This document shows positions 9,945 through 20,579 of a stretch of 64,000 nucleotides of DNA, piece by piece (the first letter of the stretch is position 1; each line of letters begins with the position of its first letter). Below the pieces are notes generated by a model. The model had not been told where the DNA came from, made no database searches, and saw only the letters and a program-made list of their open reading frames with translations. Origin of the DNA: Gemmatimonadota bacterium (GTDB lineage: Bacteria; Latescibacterota; UBA2968; UBA8231). The translations under genes were made by a program, and so were the position numbers. The stretch spans positions 64,001 to 128,000 of the forward strand of contig JAYOYH010000002.1 of the NCBI GenBank assembly GCA_038153405.1, given 5' to 3'.

Positions 9945-9955
9945 ACAGACCCGGC

Positions 9956-10477
9956 TTATATCGGTCTGAGAATCAACGACATTTCGCGACCCTCCATCCT
10001 GGGATCTTGATCGACGACCGCGATATCCTCTACTTTAGTGGCCAACTCGCGCAGCAATTCGCGGCCCTTCTCCTGATAGGCCATCTGGCGACCGCGAAAG
10101 CGCACGCTCACTTTGACCCGATTGCCCTTCTCAATAAACTCGCGCATGTGCGATAGGCGATACTCGAGATCGTGCTCTGATATATTGGCCCCGTTGATGC
10201 GAATGCCTTTCATCTGCACGTTTTGCTGCTTTTTTCGCGCCTCTTTCGCCTTCTTTTCCTTATCGTAGCGGAACTTCCCGTAATCGACGATGCGGCATAC
10301 CGGCGGCTGCGCATCGGGGACAATTTCCACCAAGTCAAGCTCCGCTTCTTCGGCGATCTGAATCGCCTTGGCAATATCGACAACGCCGATCTGCTCGCCT
10401 TCTGCACCAATCAAGCGCACCTGCGGCACGCGAATATCTTCATTAACGCGCGTGGAACTCTTTCTCTTTGTTGCGAT
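9956..10477 (-). CDS. infC: Translation initiation factor IF-3 (ATC start codon)
   Basis: 'RVNEDIR..QVRLI', 'PPVCRIVDYGKFRY', 'FRGRQ'; AGGAGG 7 nt before ATC. Confidence 0.95.
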   Translation of the reverse strand: MATKRKSSTRVNEDIRVPQVRLIGAEGEQIGVVDIAKAIQIAEEAELDLVEIVPDAQPPVCRIVDYGKFRYDKEKKAKEARKKQQNVQMKGIRINGANISEHDLEYRLSHMREFIEKGNRVKVSVRFRGRQMAYQEKGRELLRELATKVEDIAVVDQDPRMEGREMSLILRPI

Positions 10478-10709
10478 AGTATTTCCTCCTATGAGAGCGA
10501 ACGGCATGTCCTCGCCACTATGGCTTGGACATAATAGGCAGAAAGCCACCCGGCAGATTGGCACATGGGTGGCTCCTCCTGTTGATTGAGTATATCTTAA
10601 ACGCAGGGGTAAATATAATCAAGAAATTATTTTAGAGCCATGCCTTATATCGCAGGCAGAACCCCACATCTTCACCGACACTTGGTCCAATCACTCGATA
10701 AGGAGTACT

Positions 10710-11705
10710 ATGAAACGCTCGTTTGACGTCTACGGAGTAGGGCATGCCCTGGTCGATATACAATTCAAAGTGGAAACCGAAACGCTGGAGCGCTTAGGCG
10801 TTGAAAAAGGGGTAATGACCCTTATAGATGCCGATCGCCAGCAGGGCCTTTTTGCCGATATCGCCCAAGATCCCATCGCCTCGGCTTCCGGTGGCTCTGC
10901 GGCCAATACCATGATCGGCGTAGCGCTCTTCGGCGGGACGGCCTTTTACGCATGCCTAACGGGCCGCGACGCCTGGGGCGATTTCTACCAGAACGACCTA
11001 GAAAAGGCCGGCGTTGCGACCGACCCTACCCATCGCACCGATGGCATTACCGGGCAGTGTGTCGTCTTTATCACGCCCGACGCCGATCGCACGCTCAACA
11101 CCTTTCTCGGCGCGGGCAGCAAGATTGGCGTAGGACAGCTCGACGCGGAGAAGATTGCCGCCAGTCAGTATGTCTATTTAGAGGGGTATCTGCTCAGTTC
11201 GGACAACGGCTACGAGGCCTGCAGAAAAGCGCAGCACCTAGCGCGCGCGGCGGGGACCTCCGTCGCCCTCACGCTGAGCGATCCCTTTATGGTATCGACG
11301 TTTCGCGAACGCTTTGCCCAATTGATCGACGATGGCGTCGACCTCCTCTTTTGCAACGAAGATGAAGCGTGCACCTTTACCGCCTCCGACCAGCGCGAAC
11401 AGGCCGTCGCCCACCTCGGTCAACGGGTATCCATCGCCTGCGTGACCTGCGGTGCCGACGGCGCGCAGCTGCATCAGGATGGGCGGATCATCGCCATTCC
11501 CGGCGTGCCGGTCGATGCGGTGGATACCAATGGCGCCGGCGATCTCTTTGCCGGTGGTGTTCTCTACGGCCTGACGCATGGCCTCAGCGCAGAGGACGCA
11601 GGCAGGCTCGGCTCGTATGCCGCCGCACAGGTCGTCTCCCAATATGGTCCACGCCTGCAGGGCACTCTCGACACAGTGGAAGCCATTCTCGCCCGCTTTG
11701 CCTAG
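10710..11705 (+). CDS. PfkB-family adenosine/carbohydrate kinase
   Basis: 'GGSAANT', 'NEDEA', 'VDTNGAGDLFAGG'. Confidence 0.92.
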   Translation: MKRSFDVYGVGHALVDIQFKVETETLERLGVEKGVMTLIDADRQQGLFADIAQDPIASASGGSAANTMIGVALFGGTAFYACLTGRDAWGDFYQNDLEKAGVATDPTHRTDGITGQCVVFITPDADRTLNTFLGAGSKIGVGQLDAEKIAASQYVYLEGYLLSSDNGYEACRKAQHLARAAGTSVALTLSDPFMVSTFRERFAQLIDDGVDLLFCNEDEACTFTASDQREQAVAHLGQRVSIACVTCGADGAQLHQDGRIIAIPGVPVDAVDTNGAGDLFAGGVLYGLTHGLSAEDAGRLGSYAAAQVVSQYGPRLQGTLDTVEAILARFA

Positions 11706-11718
11706 GAGGCATATCGCT

Positions 11719-12675
11719 ATGAAAATACTCGTCCACTACCCATTTGACGAAGATCAATTCGAAGCGCTGCACGCTCTTGGACAACGGCTCGGTTCACACG
11801 AGGTCATCTGTACGGCAGACGATGCAATGGCCCTGGCAAACGCACCGGGCTGCCAGGTCATCATGGGCTTCTTCAAACCGGACGTCTGTGCGGCCACCGA
11901 CCAACTGCGCTGGGTGCAGTCCTTTAGCGCCGGTATGGACAAGTTCCTATTTCCCGAGATCGTCGCACGCGACGAGGTTATCATCAGCAATATGGCCGGC
12001 CTCTACGCTCCGCAAGGAGGCGAGCACGCCTGGGCACTGCTGCTGGCTCTCACGCGCGGTATAGCCGAAACCGTGCGCTCCAACGGCCAGCGGCAGTGGC
12101 GCGGAGGAGCGACGGTTGAACTCACCGAAAAAACGCTGGGTATCGTCGGCATGGGCGGCTTTGGCATCGAGATGGCCAAGCGCGCCGCCGGCTACGATAT
12201 GCGCGTCATAGCAGTTGACCCCATGCGCACTGAACCGCCGCCAGGGGTCGACGAATTGCGGGCCAACTCGCGCGACAACCTCTACGACCTACTGGCCCGT
12301 TCCGACGTCGTCATGTTGGCCTGTCCGCTCACCGACGAGACCTACCACCTGATCGGCCGCGCCGAATTGGCGCATATGAAAAAAGAGGCCTACCTAATCA
12401 ACGTAACGCGCGGGGGCATCATTGACGAAGAGGCGCTGGTCGAAGCGCTACAGGGCGGCGAAATCGCCGGCGCCGGATTGGACGTCGTAGAGAAAGAGCC
12501 ACTGGCGGCTGAAAGTTCTCTGTGGGACGCTCCCAACCTCATTTTAACGCCCCATAGAGCCGGCGCCTCTCAGCACCGACCGCGCAAGATATTCGAATTT
12601 TTCTGCGCACAGCTCGAGCGCTATATCAAGGGCGAGCGACCACTCAATATCGTCGACAAACAGCGGGGCTTTTAG
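11719..12675 (+). CDS. D-2-hydroxyacid dehydrogenase
   Basis: 'GIVGMGGFG', 'LINVTRGGIIDE', 'AGAGLDV', 'LTPH'; AGGAGG RBS supports start at 11719. Confidence 0.93.
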   Translation: MKILVHYPFDEDQFEALHALGQRLGSHEVICTADDAMALANAPGCQVIMGFFKPDVCAATDQLRWVQSFSAGMDKFLFPEIVARDEVIISNMAGLYAPQGGEHAWALLLALTRGIAETVRSNGQRQWRGGATVELTEKTLGIVGMGGFGIEMAKRAAGYDMRVIAVDPMRTEPPPGVDELRANSRDNLYDLLARSDVVMLACPLTDETYHLIGRAELAHMKKEAYLINVTRGGIIDEEALVEALQGGEIAGAGLDVVEKEPLAAESSLWDAPNLILTPHRAGASQHRPRKIFEFFCAQLERYIKGERPLNIVDKQRGF

Positions 12676-12682
12676 CGCACCT

Positions 12683-13486
12683 TCAATACCCCAACTCCCT
12701 CAGATAAGCACGCATGCCGGCGCTGCGCCTAGCCTCGCTAATGGGATCGTCGCCGGCGGGTGGATCGCCCGGACAGGCCGTTACCCACCGCGAGAAATGG
12801 CGCTCAGCGCACAGGTCGAGCACTCCTTTGAAATCGAGGCACTCGGCCGCGCCGACATCGACCCACTGCGGGTTGTACTCGCCGTATTTCCTTGTGCTGC
12901 ACGATGAGTAGTCCTGCAAGTGCACGTAGTTGAGCTGTGACCAAAAGTCACCCAGCGCCTGCACCGGATCGTAGCCCCACAGCTCGGCGTGCGACACGTC
13001 AATACACAGTTTCGCCCTGTCGAGTAAGCTCATATAGAGCGTCCACTCCTCGATCGAATCGACCAGTAGGTTGGTGTGAATGTGATAGCTCAGTTCTAGC
13101 CCGTACTGCGCCGCGTATTCGGCCCAGTCCTCGGCTCCAGCGGCCGCGCGCTTTATATCGTCCTCATTGGTTGGACGCCCCTCGGGCTTGCGACCGCTCA
13201 TAAACATAAAGCAGTCCACCTCCATCTCGGCCGCGTAGTCCATGCGCCGCTTGTTGCGCTCGACGTGCTCCCAGTCGCGCTGTTCGGGCGAACCGCTGGC
13301 TGTGAGCACGGCCAGCGGCATATCGGCGTCGCGACACACCTTCCGGAGGTGGTTCGGTGGCCCCATCCAGTCGAGCGGCAAACGACCCTCCCAGCCGTCC
13401 CAACCCGCTTTTTTTAACTCGGCAAGCGCTTGGGGCAGATCCGGATTGCGCCAGCGCAGCGTGGCATAGCCCAATTTAAACGCCAT
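12683..13486 (-). CDS. Sugar phosphate isomerase/epimerase (xylose isomerase-like TIM barrel)
   Basis: 'YHIH', 'LCIDVSH', 'YVHLQD' metal-site pattern. Confidence 0.8.
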   Translation of the reverse strand: MAFKLGYATLRWRNPDLPQALAELKKAGWDGWEGRLPLDWMGPPNHLRKVCRDADMPLAVLTASGSPEQRDWEHVERNKRRMDYAAEMEVDCFMFMSGRKPEGRPTNEDDIKRAAAGAEDWAEYAAQYGLELSYHIHTNLLVDSIEEWTLYMSLLDRAKLCIDVSHAELWGYDPVQALGDFWSQLNYVHLQDYSSCSTRKYGEYNPQWVDVGAAECLDFKGVLDLCAERHFSRWVTACPGDPPAGDDPISEARRSAGMRAYLRELGY

Positions 13487-13591
13487 AACATCCTCCTTTT
13501 TGCGCCTAAGCTAAGGCGAAGACACGCGGCGAACAACATCGTTGACCATTAGCCGCGCGAGGTCGATATTTGCAAGGCGATACAAACGACA

Positions 13592-15886
13592 ATGGAAGAC
13601 TCCAACTCCCTATCGCGCGGGCAGACAAACCGCGCCATGCGCTCCTTTATTGTGGCCAGCGGCCTGTGGGGAGCCTGGGGACAAGCAGTCGGCATAGGTA
13701 CGGCTGCCTTTACTGGCTTTGCCCTGTATATGGGAGCCGATGAGTCGTTTATCGCCCTTTTCACCTCGCTCGCCTATGTTCTGGCCCTAACCCAGATTCT
13801 CGCTCCCTTTCTCAACGCGCACATCCGACGCAAAAAGCGCTTTATCGTCGGTCTCGGTTCCATCGAAATTTTGCTGCGCGGATCGCTCGTCCTCATTCCC
13901 TTTTTCTTTGCCGGCGAACTGTATCTCCCCGCCATGGCCTTTCTGATCGGCGCCAGCATGTTTTTCGGCCACGGTGTATCGCCCTTTTATGGGACGTGGG
14001 TAGCCAATGCCGTACCGGAGCACATTCGCGCGCGCTTCACCGGCCGCCAAACTATCCTCAGCACCATAACGGCAATGCTCGCGGGCTTTGCCATTGGCCA
14101 CTTTATCGACCTGTTCAAAGGCGGCGACGAGCATTTGGGCTTTCTCTGGGTCTTTTCCGTGGGCACGTTCTTTGGCTTACTGGGCTATCTAAACTTGCTG
14201 CGCGCTCCCTTCCCCAAAGAGCTGCCAACAGAGGAGGGGCACCCGGGGATTGCCGACCTAATCGAACCATTCCGCGACGCCAACTTTCGCCGCGCCGTTC
14301 TGTTTTACGGCCTGTGGACTATGGCGCTGGGCCTTTCGGGACCGCTCTATAGCGTGTTTATGCTCGACAGGCTGCGCATTTCCTACACAGAAATATCCAT
14401 CTTCAACGCCTGTTTTATGGCGACGAGCATCGCCGGCTATCGCATATGGGCCGGCCTTATAGACCGCTTTGGCAGCAAGGCCGTGTTGCAAATTATGGTC
14501 GTGCCTTCCGCCTTTATTCCCTTTGTATGGATGCTCAATTCGCCGGAATCCTATTATCTCGTGCCCGTGGCGCTCGTTATGAGCGGCATCTTCTTTTCCG
14601 GTATCGGCGTCGGCATCAGCCCACTGGTCTACAGCCTGCTGCCACAGGGAGAAAAGCGCACGCTATACCTGGCATCGTGGTCGGTCGCCGTCAATCTCAT
14701 GGGTGCGCTGGGGCCGTTTTTAGGGAGCGTCCTATCGCACCAACTGCACGGCGTCCAGTTTGAAATCATGGGGATTCCCATCGCCAATTTGCAGATCGTC
14801 TTCGCCATCAGCGCCGTCGTGCGCATCATTCCCATCTGGCTCCTGCGCCGCGTCAGCGATGCAAAGGGCACCAGTTCGCTCGAACTCATTTCGCAAATGC
14901 GCCGCGGCAACCTGCTCAGCTACGCCTACAACGCCACCCTCTTCAACTTGGCTAACGCTGAAACCACGCGCGCGCGCGCGGCCGAAGCATTGGGACGCTC
15001 GGGCAACCCATTGGCAATCGAACAGTTGGTGCAGGCCCTAGCCGATGCCAGCCCCCTCGTCCGGCGCAGCGCGGCGCGCGCTCTAGGCGAGAGCGGATCA
15101 GACAGCGCTACGGCCCCGCTGCTGCGCGAACTGAACGACGGCTCGTCCGACATCCGCAGCGAAGCGGCCGAAGCGCTGGGACGCCTAGGTCACCTCTCCA
15201 GCGTAGACCCGCTTATCGACGCGTTAGATGACGAGGACCTGCGCGTGCGCATCAGCGCCATTCGCGGCTTGGGCAATATACGCAGCGACGAGGTGCACGA
15301 ACTGCTGTTCTGGCATTTTAGCAGCGATTTCAACCCGCAGACCTTTCCGACCTTGGTCGACGTTCTCAGCGAACGCGGAGACCAGCGCATCGTGCGCCCC
15401 ACCTTAGAGCACTTGGCGCAATTCCGCTCTTCTGCCGTGCGCCTACAACTGCTCAACAGCGTATGCCGGGCACTGGGAGCCGAAGATCAATTTTACCGCC
15501 TGCTTTCCCAAGAAGACACGCGGCGCATCGACTCCATTAGTCGCCTGCTGCGCGAACTGCGATCGGATCTGGGAAGGACGGCGGGATTGGAGGCGACCCA
15601 GCAGCGCAGCTTGGCCGATCGCTGCCTTGCGCTGCAGTTGGCCTACGAGGAGGACCGCGCCAGCGATATGCGCGAAGCGGTGCTCGACATTGTGCGCATC
15701 GTGCGCGACGGTCTTTCGGCCGGCACCGATCAGGCGTTTGAAGTCCTATCGGTTTTTGTCATCATCGTCGCCCTCAACGACTTTATCGCCCAAAGCGAAC
15801 GCATCGACTCGCCCGCGGCCGAGGAAATCTTCCTCGCCGTTTGTCTTTCGCACTTGGGCAAACGCGTCGCGTCCATCCATTCGTAG
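13592..15886 (+). CDS. MFS transporter fused to C-terminal HEAT/PBS-lyase repeats
   Basis: About 12 hydrophobic segments with motif-A-like 'GLIDRFGSK'; repeats 'RARAAEALG', 'VRRSAARALG', 'IRSEAAEALG', 'VRISAIRGLG'. Confidence 0.85.
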   Translation: MEDSNSLSRGQTNRAMRSFIVASGLWGAWGQAVGIGTAAFTGFALYMGADESFIALFTSLAYVLALTQILAPFLNAHIRRKKRFIVGLGSIEILLRGSLVLIPFFFAGELYLPAMAFLIGASMFFGHGVSPFYGTWVANAVPEHIRARFTGRQTILSTITAMLAGFAIGHFIDLFKGGDEHLGFLWVFSVGTFFGLLGYLNLLRAPFPKELPTEEGHPGIADLIEPFRDANFRRAVLFYGLWTMALGLSGPLYSVFMLDRLRISYTEISIFNACFMATSIAGYRIWAGLIDRFGSKAVLQIMVVPSAFIPFVWMLNSPESYYLVPVALVMSGIFFSGIGVGISPLVYSLLPQGEKRTLYLASWSVAVNLMGALGPFLGSVLSHQLHGVQFEIMGIPIANLQIVFAISAVVRIIPIWLLRRVSDAKGTSSLELISQMRRGNLLSYAYNATLFNLANAETTRARAAEALGRSGNPLAIEQLVQALADASPLVRRSAARALGESGSDSATAPLLRELNDGSSDIRSEAAEALGRLGHLSSVDPLIDALDDEDLRVRISAIRGLGNIRSDEVHELLFWHFSSDFNPQTFPTLVDVLSERGDQRIVRPTLEHLAQFRSSAVRLQLLNSVCRALGAEDQFYRLLSQEDTRRIDSISRLLRELRSDLGRTAGLEATQQRSLADRCLALQLAYEEDRASDMREAVLDIVRIVRDGLSAGTDQAFEVLSVFVIIVALNDFIAQSERIDSPAAEEIFLAVCLSHLGKRVASIHS

Positions 15887-15888
15887 CC

Positions 15889-17523
15889 TCATAGTTGGCC
15901 GCGCAGGGCCGCCTGGGCGGCGCGCAGGCTCTGCCGCGTATCGCTTCGATCCGCATCAAAGGCCAATGCCCGGCTCAGCGCAGCGACCGACCGGGCGTAA
16001 TCGGCACGGCGATAGGCGCCGCGGCCGGCGTGGTGATATGCTTCCGCGATAACGCCTCCGATATTTCTATTGCCCTTGAATTTCTCCAAGTGGGCCAGCG
16101 CAGTTGCATCGCCGTCGACGGCCCATACGACCTGCTCGTATATGTGCAACATGACATTGCGCGGAAACAGCGCGCGCGCTGCATCCAACGGCGCGCGCAC
16201 AGCGCGCCCCTGATTGAGCAGCATCGGGCACAGGCGAACGTATAGGTCTTCGCGATCGATCGCACCATACTCTACTTCTAGGGCGTGCTCTAACTGCTCT
16301 ATGCCGCGCTCGATATCGCCCGTGGCCAAATAGTTTCTGCCTTCGCTGTAGTAGGCTATAGCCTCGGCTCGCTGCACGCCGTGCCAGCCGCCCAGGACCA
16401 GTAGCGCGACCGCGCCGGCCACACACCAGGCACTCGCCTTGGCACTCCAGCACCGCCGCAGGCGATCCTGCATATTCACTAAGAGTAGCGCCCAGACAAA
16501 AGCCATGCCCGCACAGGATATGTAGAGGTAGCGAGAGGGACCTGCCGATAGGGTGCGCACGTATTCTGGTGACAGCAGCAGTGGCGGCAGCAGCGTAAGT
16601 CCAACCCACGCGACAGCCCCTACGCCGTCGCCGCGATCGCGCAGCAGTGCCCATATTCCCAAGCAGCACGCTGCCCCCCCTACAAAGAGCTCTCCTGCTG
16701 AGGTTAGATCGGGCCGCGCTGGCACCCAGAAAGCCGATAGCAACAGCCGTCCCCACAGAAAGCAATAGGTTTTCACCGCTTCTACCCCATCAAATCCACT
16801 AGCGGCAATGGTATTTTGCGGGGCGCTGCCGTAGTGCAATTTAATGGCCAATACCAAGGCGAGCGCCACGCTACCCATAGCTAGGCCCCGATATAGGGCA
16901 GGCCGACCTAATCCGCCTTTTCTATGGGCGATATATAGAGCTAAAGGCATAGCGACGGCGGCGGAAATATGGGTCAGCACACCGGCTAGCAGAGCCAGGG
17001 CACTGCCTACGATAGCGGCGGGCCGTCCCCGCTCCGCATATTCTACAAAACCCCACAGGCATAGACACATGCAGATCAGCGCCAGGGCATAGCAATGCGC
17101 CGAGATCCACTGCACGGCCTGAAACGGCGCGCAACTGCACGCAAAGAGCACACCGGCTAGCTGCGCGAGAGGACGCGCAGCCCCCAGACGCCAGCCGCAG
17201 AAGGCCATCACCCAGGCAGCCAGCGCGTGCAGGCCGATACCCGCCCAGTGAAACAGGCGAGGACTCTCTCCCCAGAGGGCGTATTCAATCAGTATGAACA
17301 ATTCGAAGAAGGGCCGTCCGGGCATGCGCTTATCGACGGCAAAGAATGCAGTTGGATCGGATAGTATACGCGCGCTATCGGCCCAATAATCGGCGTCGTG
17401 CGTATCCAGCAGATGGTCGCTCAGGGGTGCGTAAAACAGAGCCGCTAGCGCACAGAGCAGCAGCGCATAGGCGCGCCACGACACGCCTGCACTCCACGCT
17501 GAACCAGCCCCAATGGCCGACAT
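15889..17523 (-). CDS. Multi-TM GT-C-like glycosyltransferase with C-terminal TPR repeats
   Basis: Acidic first loop 'DTHDADY', 'GRP', 'RYLY' motif, many TMs, TPR-like 'AIAYYSEGRNY', 'AEAYHHAGRGAY'. Confidence 0.65.
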   Translation of the reverse strand: MSAIGAGSAWSAGVSWRAYALLLCALAALFYAPLSDHLLDTHDADYWADSARILSDPTAFFAVDKRMPGRPFFELFILIEYALWGESPRLFHWAGIGLHALAAWVMAFCGWRLGAARPLAQLAGVLFACSCAPFQAVQWISAHCYALALICMCLCLWGFVEYAERGRPAAIVGSALALLAGVLTHISAAVAMPLALYIAHRKGGLGRPALYRGLAMGSVALALVLAIKLHYGSAPQNTIAASGFDGVEAVKTYCFLWGRLLLSAFWVPARPDLTSAGELFVGGAACCLGIWALLRDRGDGVGAVAWVGLTLLPPLLLSPEYVRTLSAGPSRYLYISCAGMAFVWALLLVNMQDRLRRCWSAKASAWCVAGAVALLVLGGWHGVQRAEAIAYYSEGRNYLATGDIERGIEQLEHALEVEYGAIDREDLYVRLCPMLLNQGRAVRAPLDAARALFPRNVMLHIYEQVVWAVDGDATALAHLEKFKGNRNIGGVIAEAYHHAGRGAYRRADYARSVAALSRALAFDADRSDTRQSLRAAQAALRGQL

Positions 17524-17530
17524 GGTTCAA

Positions 17531-18250
17531 TCAGTCGACGGGGCCGCGGTGCTGCCAGCGAATGCGCGCCAACTCGCTGAAGTTGCGCGCCATGCCGATG
17601 ACGGGATTAAAGCGGCTATCGGGATCGAACGTCCATTTGACGGGAATGCGCTCAATGCGGTAGCCCAATTTAGAGGCCAGCAGCAAAATTTCCACATCGA
17701 ACATGTAGCCGTCGACCTTCTGGCGGGCAAATAGGTCGCGTATGATATCGGCGCGAAAGAACTTAAAGCCGCACTGCGTATCGTCGTATTCGCGCAGTCC
17801 CATCAGCGTTTGCAACAGCGCGCGAAAGACGTTGGAACCGATTTCCCGGTAGCGCTTGCGCGCCTGTGCGATTTCGGTCTGACCCAGGGTGCGGTCGCCA
17901 ATTACGCCATCGGCTCCCTCGTCTAATAGGGGCACAACCTGATCGAGCGCGGCGATATCGGTCTTGTAATCGGCGTCCATAAAGCCGATATAACGCCCGC
18001 GCGCCTCTTCTATGCCGTGGCGAATCGAGTACCCTTTGCCGCGGTTGCGCTCGTTGCGCACGCAGCGCACCTGCGGATGGGCTGCCGCCACGGACTCAAT
18101 CCGCCCGACCGTCGCATCTGCGCTGCCGTCGTCCACCGGCAGTAACTCGTACTGCCACGACCGCTGCTGAAGAAATTCCATCGACTTCTCCAGCGTAAAC
18201 GCGATGCGTTTTTCTTCATTATATGCTGGAATTATTATGCTGAGATCCAT
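17531..18250 (-). CDS. GT2 polyprenol/dolichyl-phosphate glycosyltransferase (ALG5-like)
   Basis: 'IIIPAYNEE', 'VDDGS', 'NRGKG', 'DAD', 'DTQCGFK', 'FDVE'. Confidence 0.9.
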   Translation of the reverse strand: MDLSIIIPAYNEEKRIAFTLEKSMEFLQQRSWQYELLPVDDGSADATVGRIESVAAAHPQVRCVRNERNRGKGYSIRHGIEEARGRYIGFMDADYKTDIAALDQVVPLLDEGADGVIGDRTLGQTEIAQARKRYREIGSNVFRALLQTLMGLREYDDTQCGFKFFRADIIRDLFARQKVDGYMFDVEILLLASKLGYRIERIPVKWTFDPDSRFNPVIGMARNFSELARIRWQHRGPVD

Positions 18251-18368
18251 AGGTCCTCTAGCGCGAAAAGATATCGCCACCTCCCTTGCGGGTCAACCAA
18301 CTTGACATGGGCTAGCCGCAGCTTATATTGCCGAGAGTTCTACACTTAGCCCATACACTGTGCCATCC

Positions 18369-19777
<1,409 letters not shown>

Positions 19778-19801
19778 GGCTACATCCCAACGCAAAGACT
19801 A

Positions 19802-19850
19802 CAACGACAAAACGGGCGCTCCCTGTAAAGGGGCGCCCGTTTTGTCGTTG
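19802..19850. terminator. Bidirectional intrinsic terminator between hinT and rplC
   Basis: Perfect 18-bp arms caacgacaaaacgggcgc / gcgcccgttttgtcgttg. Confidence 0.85.
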
Positions 19851-19862
19851 GGTTGCTGCGTG

Positions 19863-20480
19863 CTACTGAGTCTGTATATCGATAAAGCCGTTGGCGCCGC
19901 CGGGCACAGCCCCCTTGAGAAAGAGCAGGTTGCGCTCGCTGTCGATGCGCACGATGTCCAGTCCCTTTGTCGACACCTGCACATTACCCATTTGGCCGGG
20001 CATCTTCTTGCCCTTCCAGACTTTGCCCGGGGTAGTTCCCTGACCAATAGAACCGCCGTGGCGAACGCGATCAGGCGTCCCGTGGCTGGTGTTCTTTCCC
20101 TTGAAGCCGTAGCGCTTGACGACGCCGGCGAAGCCCTTGCCCTTCGAGCGTCCGGTCACCTTGACCCGCTGCCCCACCTCAAACTGACTCACATCGAGGA
20201 CCTGCCCCACTTCAAACTGACCGTCAATGCGGCGAAATTCGCGCAGTATGCGGTGCGGCCCCACCCCAGCCTTGGCAAAATGACCGCTCTCGGGCTTGTT
20301 GACTTTGCGGGCGGGTACTTCTTCAAAGGCCAACTGCAGCGCCTCGTAGCCATTGCTCTTCTGCGAGCGAACCTGAACTACGGGACAGGGGCCAGCGGCC
20401 ACTACGGTAACGGGCACTAACTCCTCTTTGTCGTTGTAGACTTGAGTCATGCCCAATTTCTTTCCTATCAGAGCGCCCAT
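19863..20480 (-). CDS. rplC: 50S ribosomal protein L3 (stand-alone)
   Basis: 'GKKLGMTQ', 'GYEALQL', 'SKGKGFAGVVKR', 'GSIG', 'KMPGQMG', 'KGAVPG'; AAGGAG RBS. Confidence 0.97.
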   Translation of the reverse strand: MGALIGKKLGMTQVYNDKEELVPVTVVAAGPCPVVQVRSQKSNGYEALQLAFEEVPARKVNKPESGHFAKAGVGPHRILREFRRIDGQFEVGQVLDVSQFEVGQRVKVTGRSKGKGFAGVVKRYGFKGKNTSHGTPDRVRHGGSIGQGTTPGKVWKGKKMPGQMGNVQVSTKGLDIVRIDSERNLLFLKGAVPGGANGFIDIQTQ

Positions 20481-20579
20481 AGCGCAAACTCCTTGCCTAA
20501 ACTCATTTGTATATTCATATATGATGCAACTGAAAAATTTAGCCCATTTCCCCTTTTTCAGCAAGGGCAATAAAAAACT

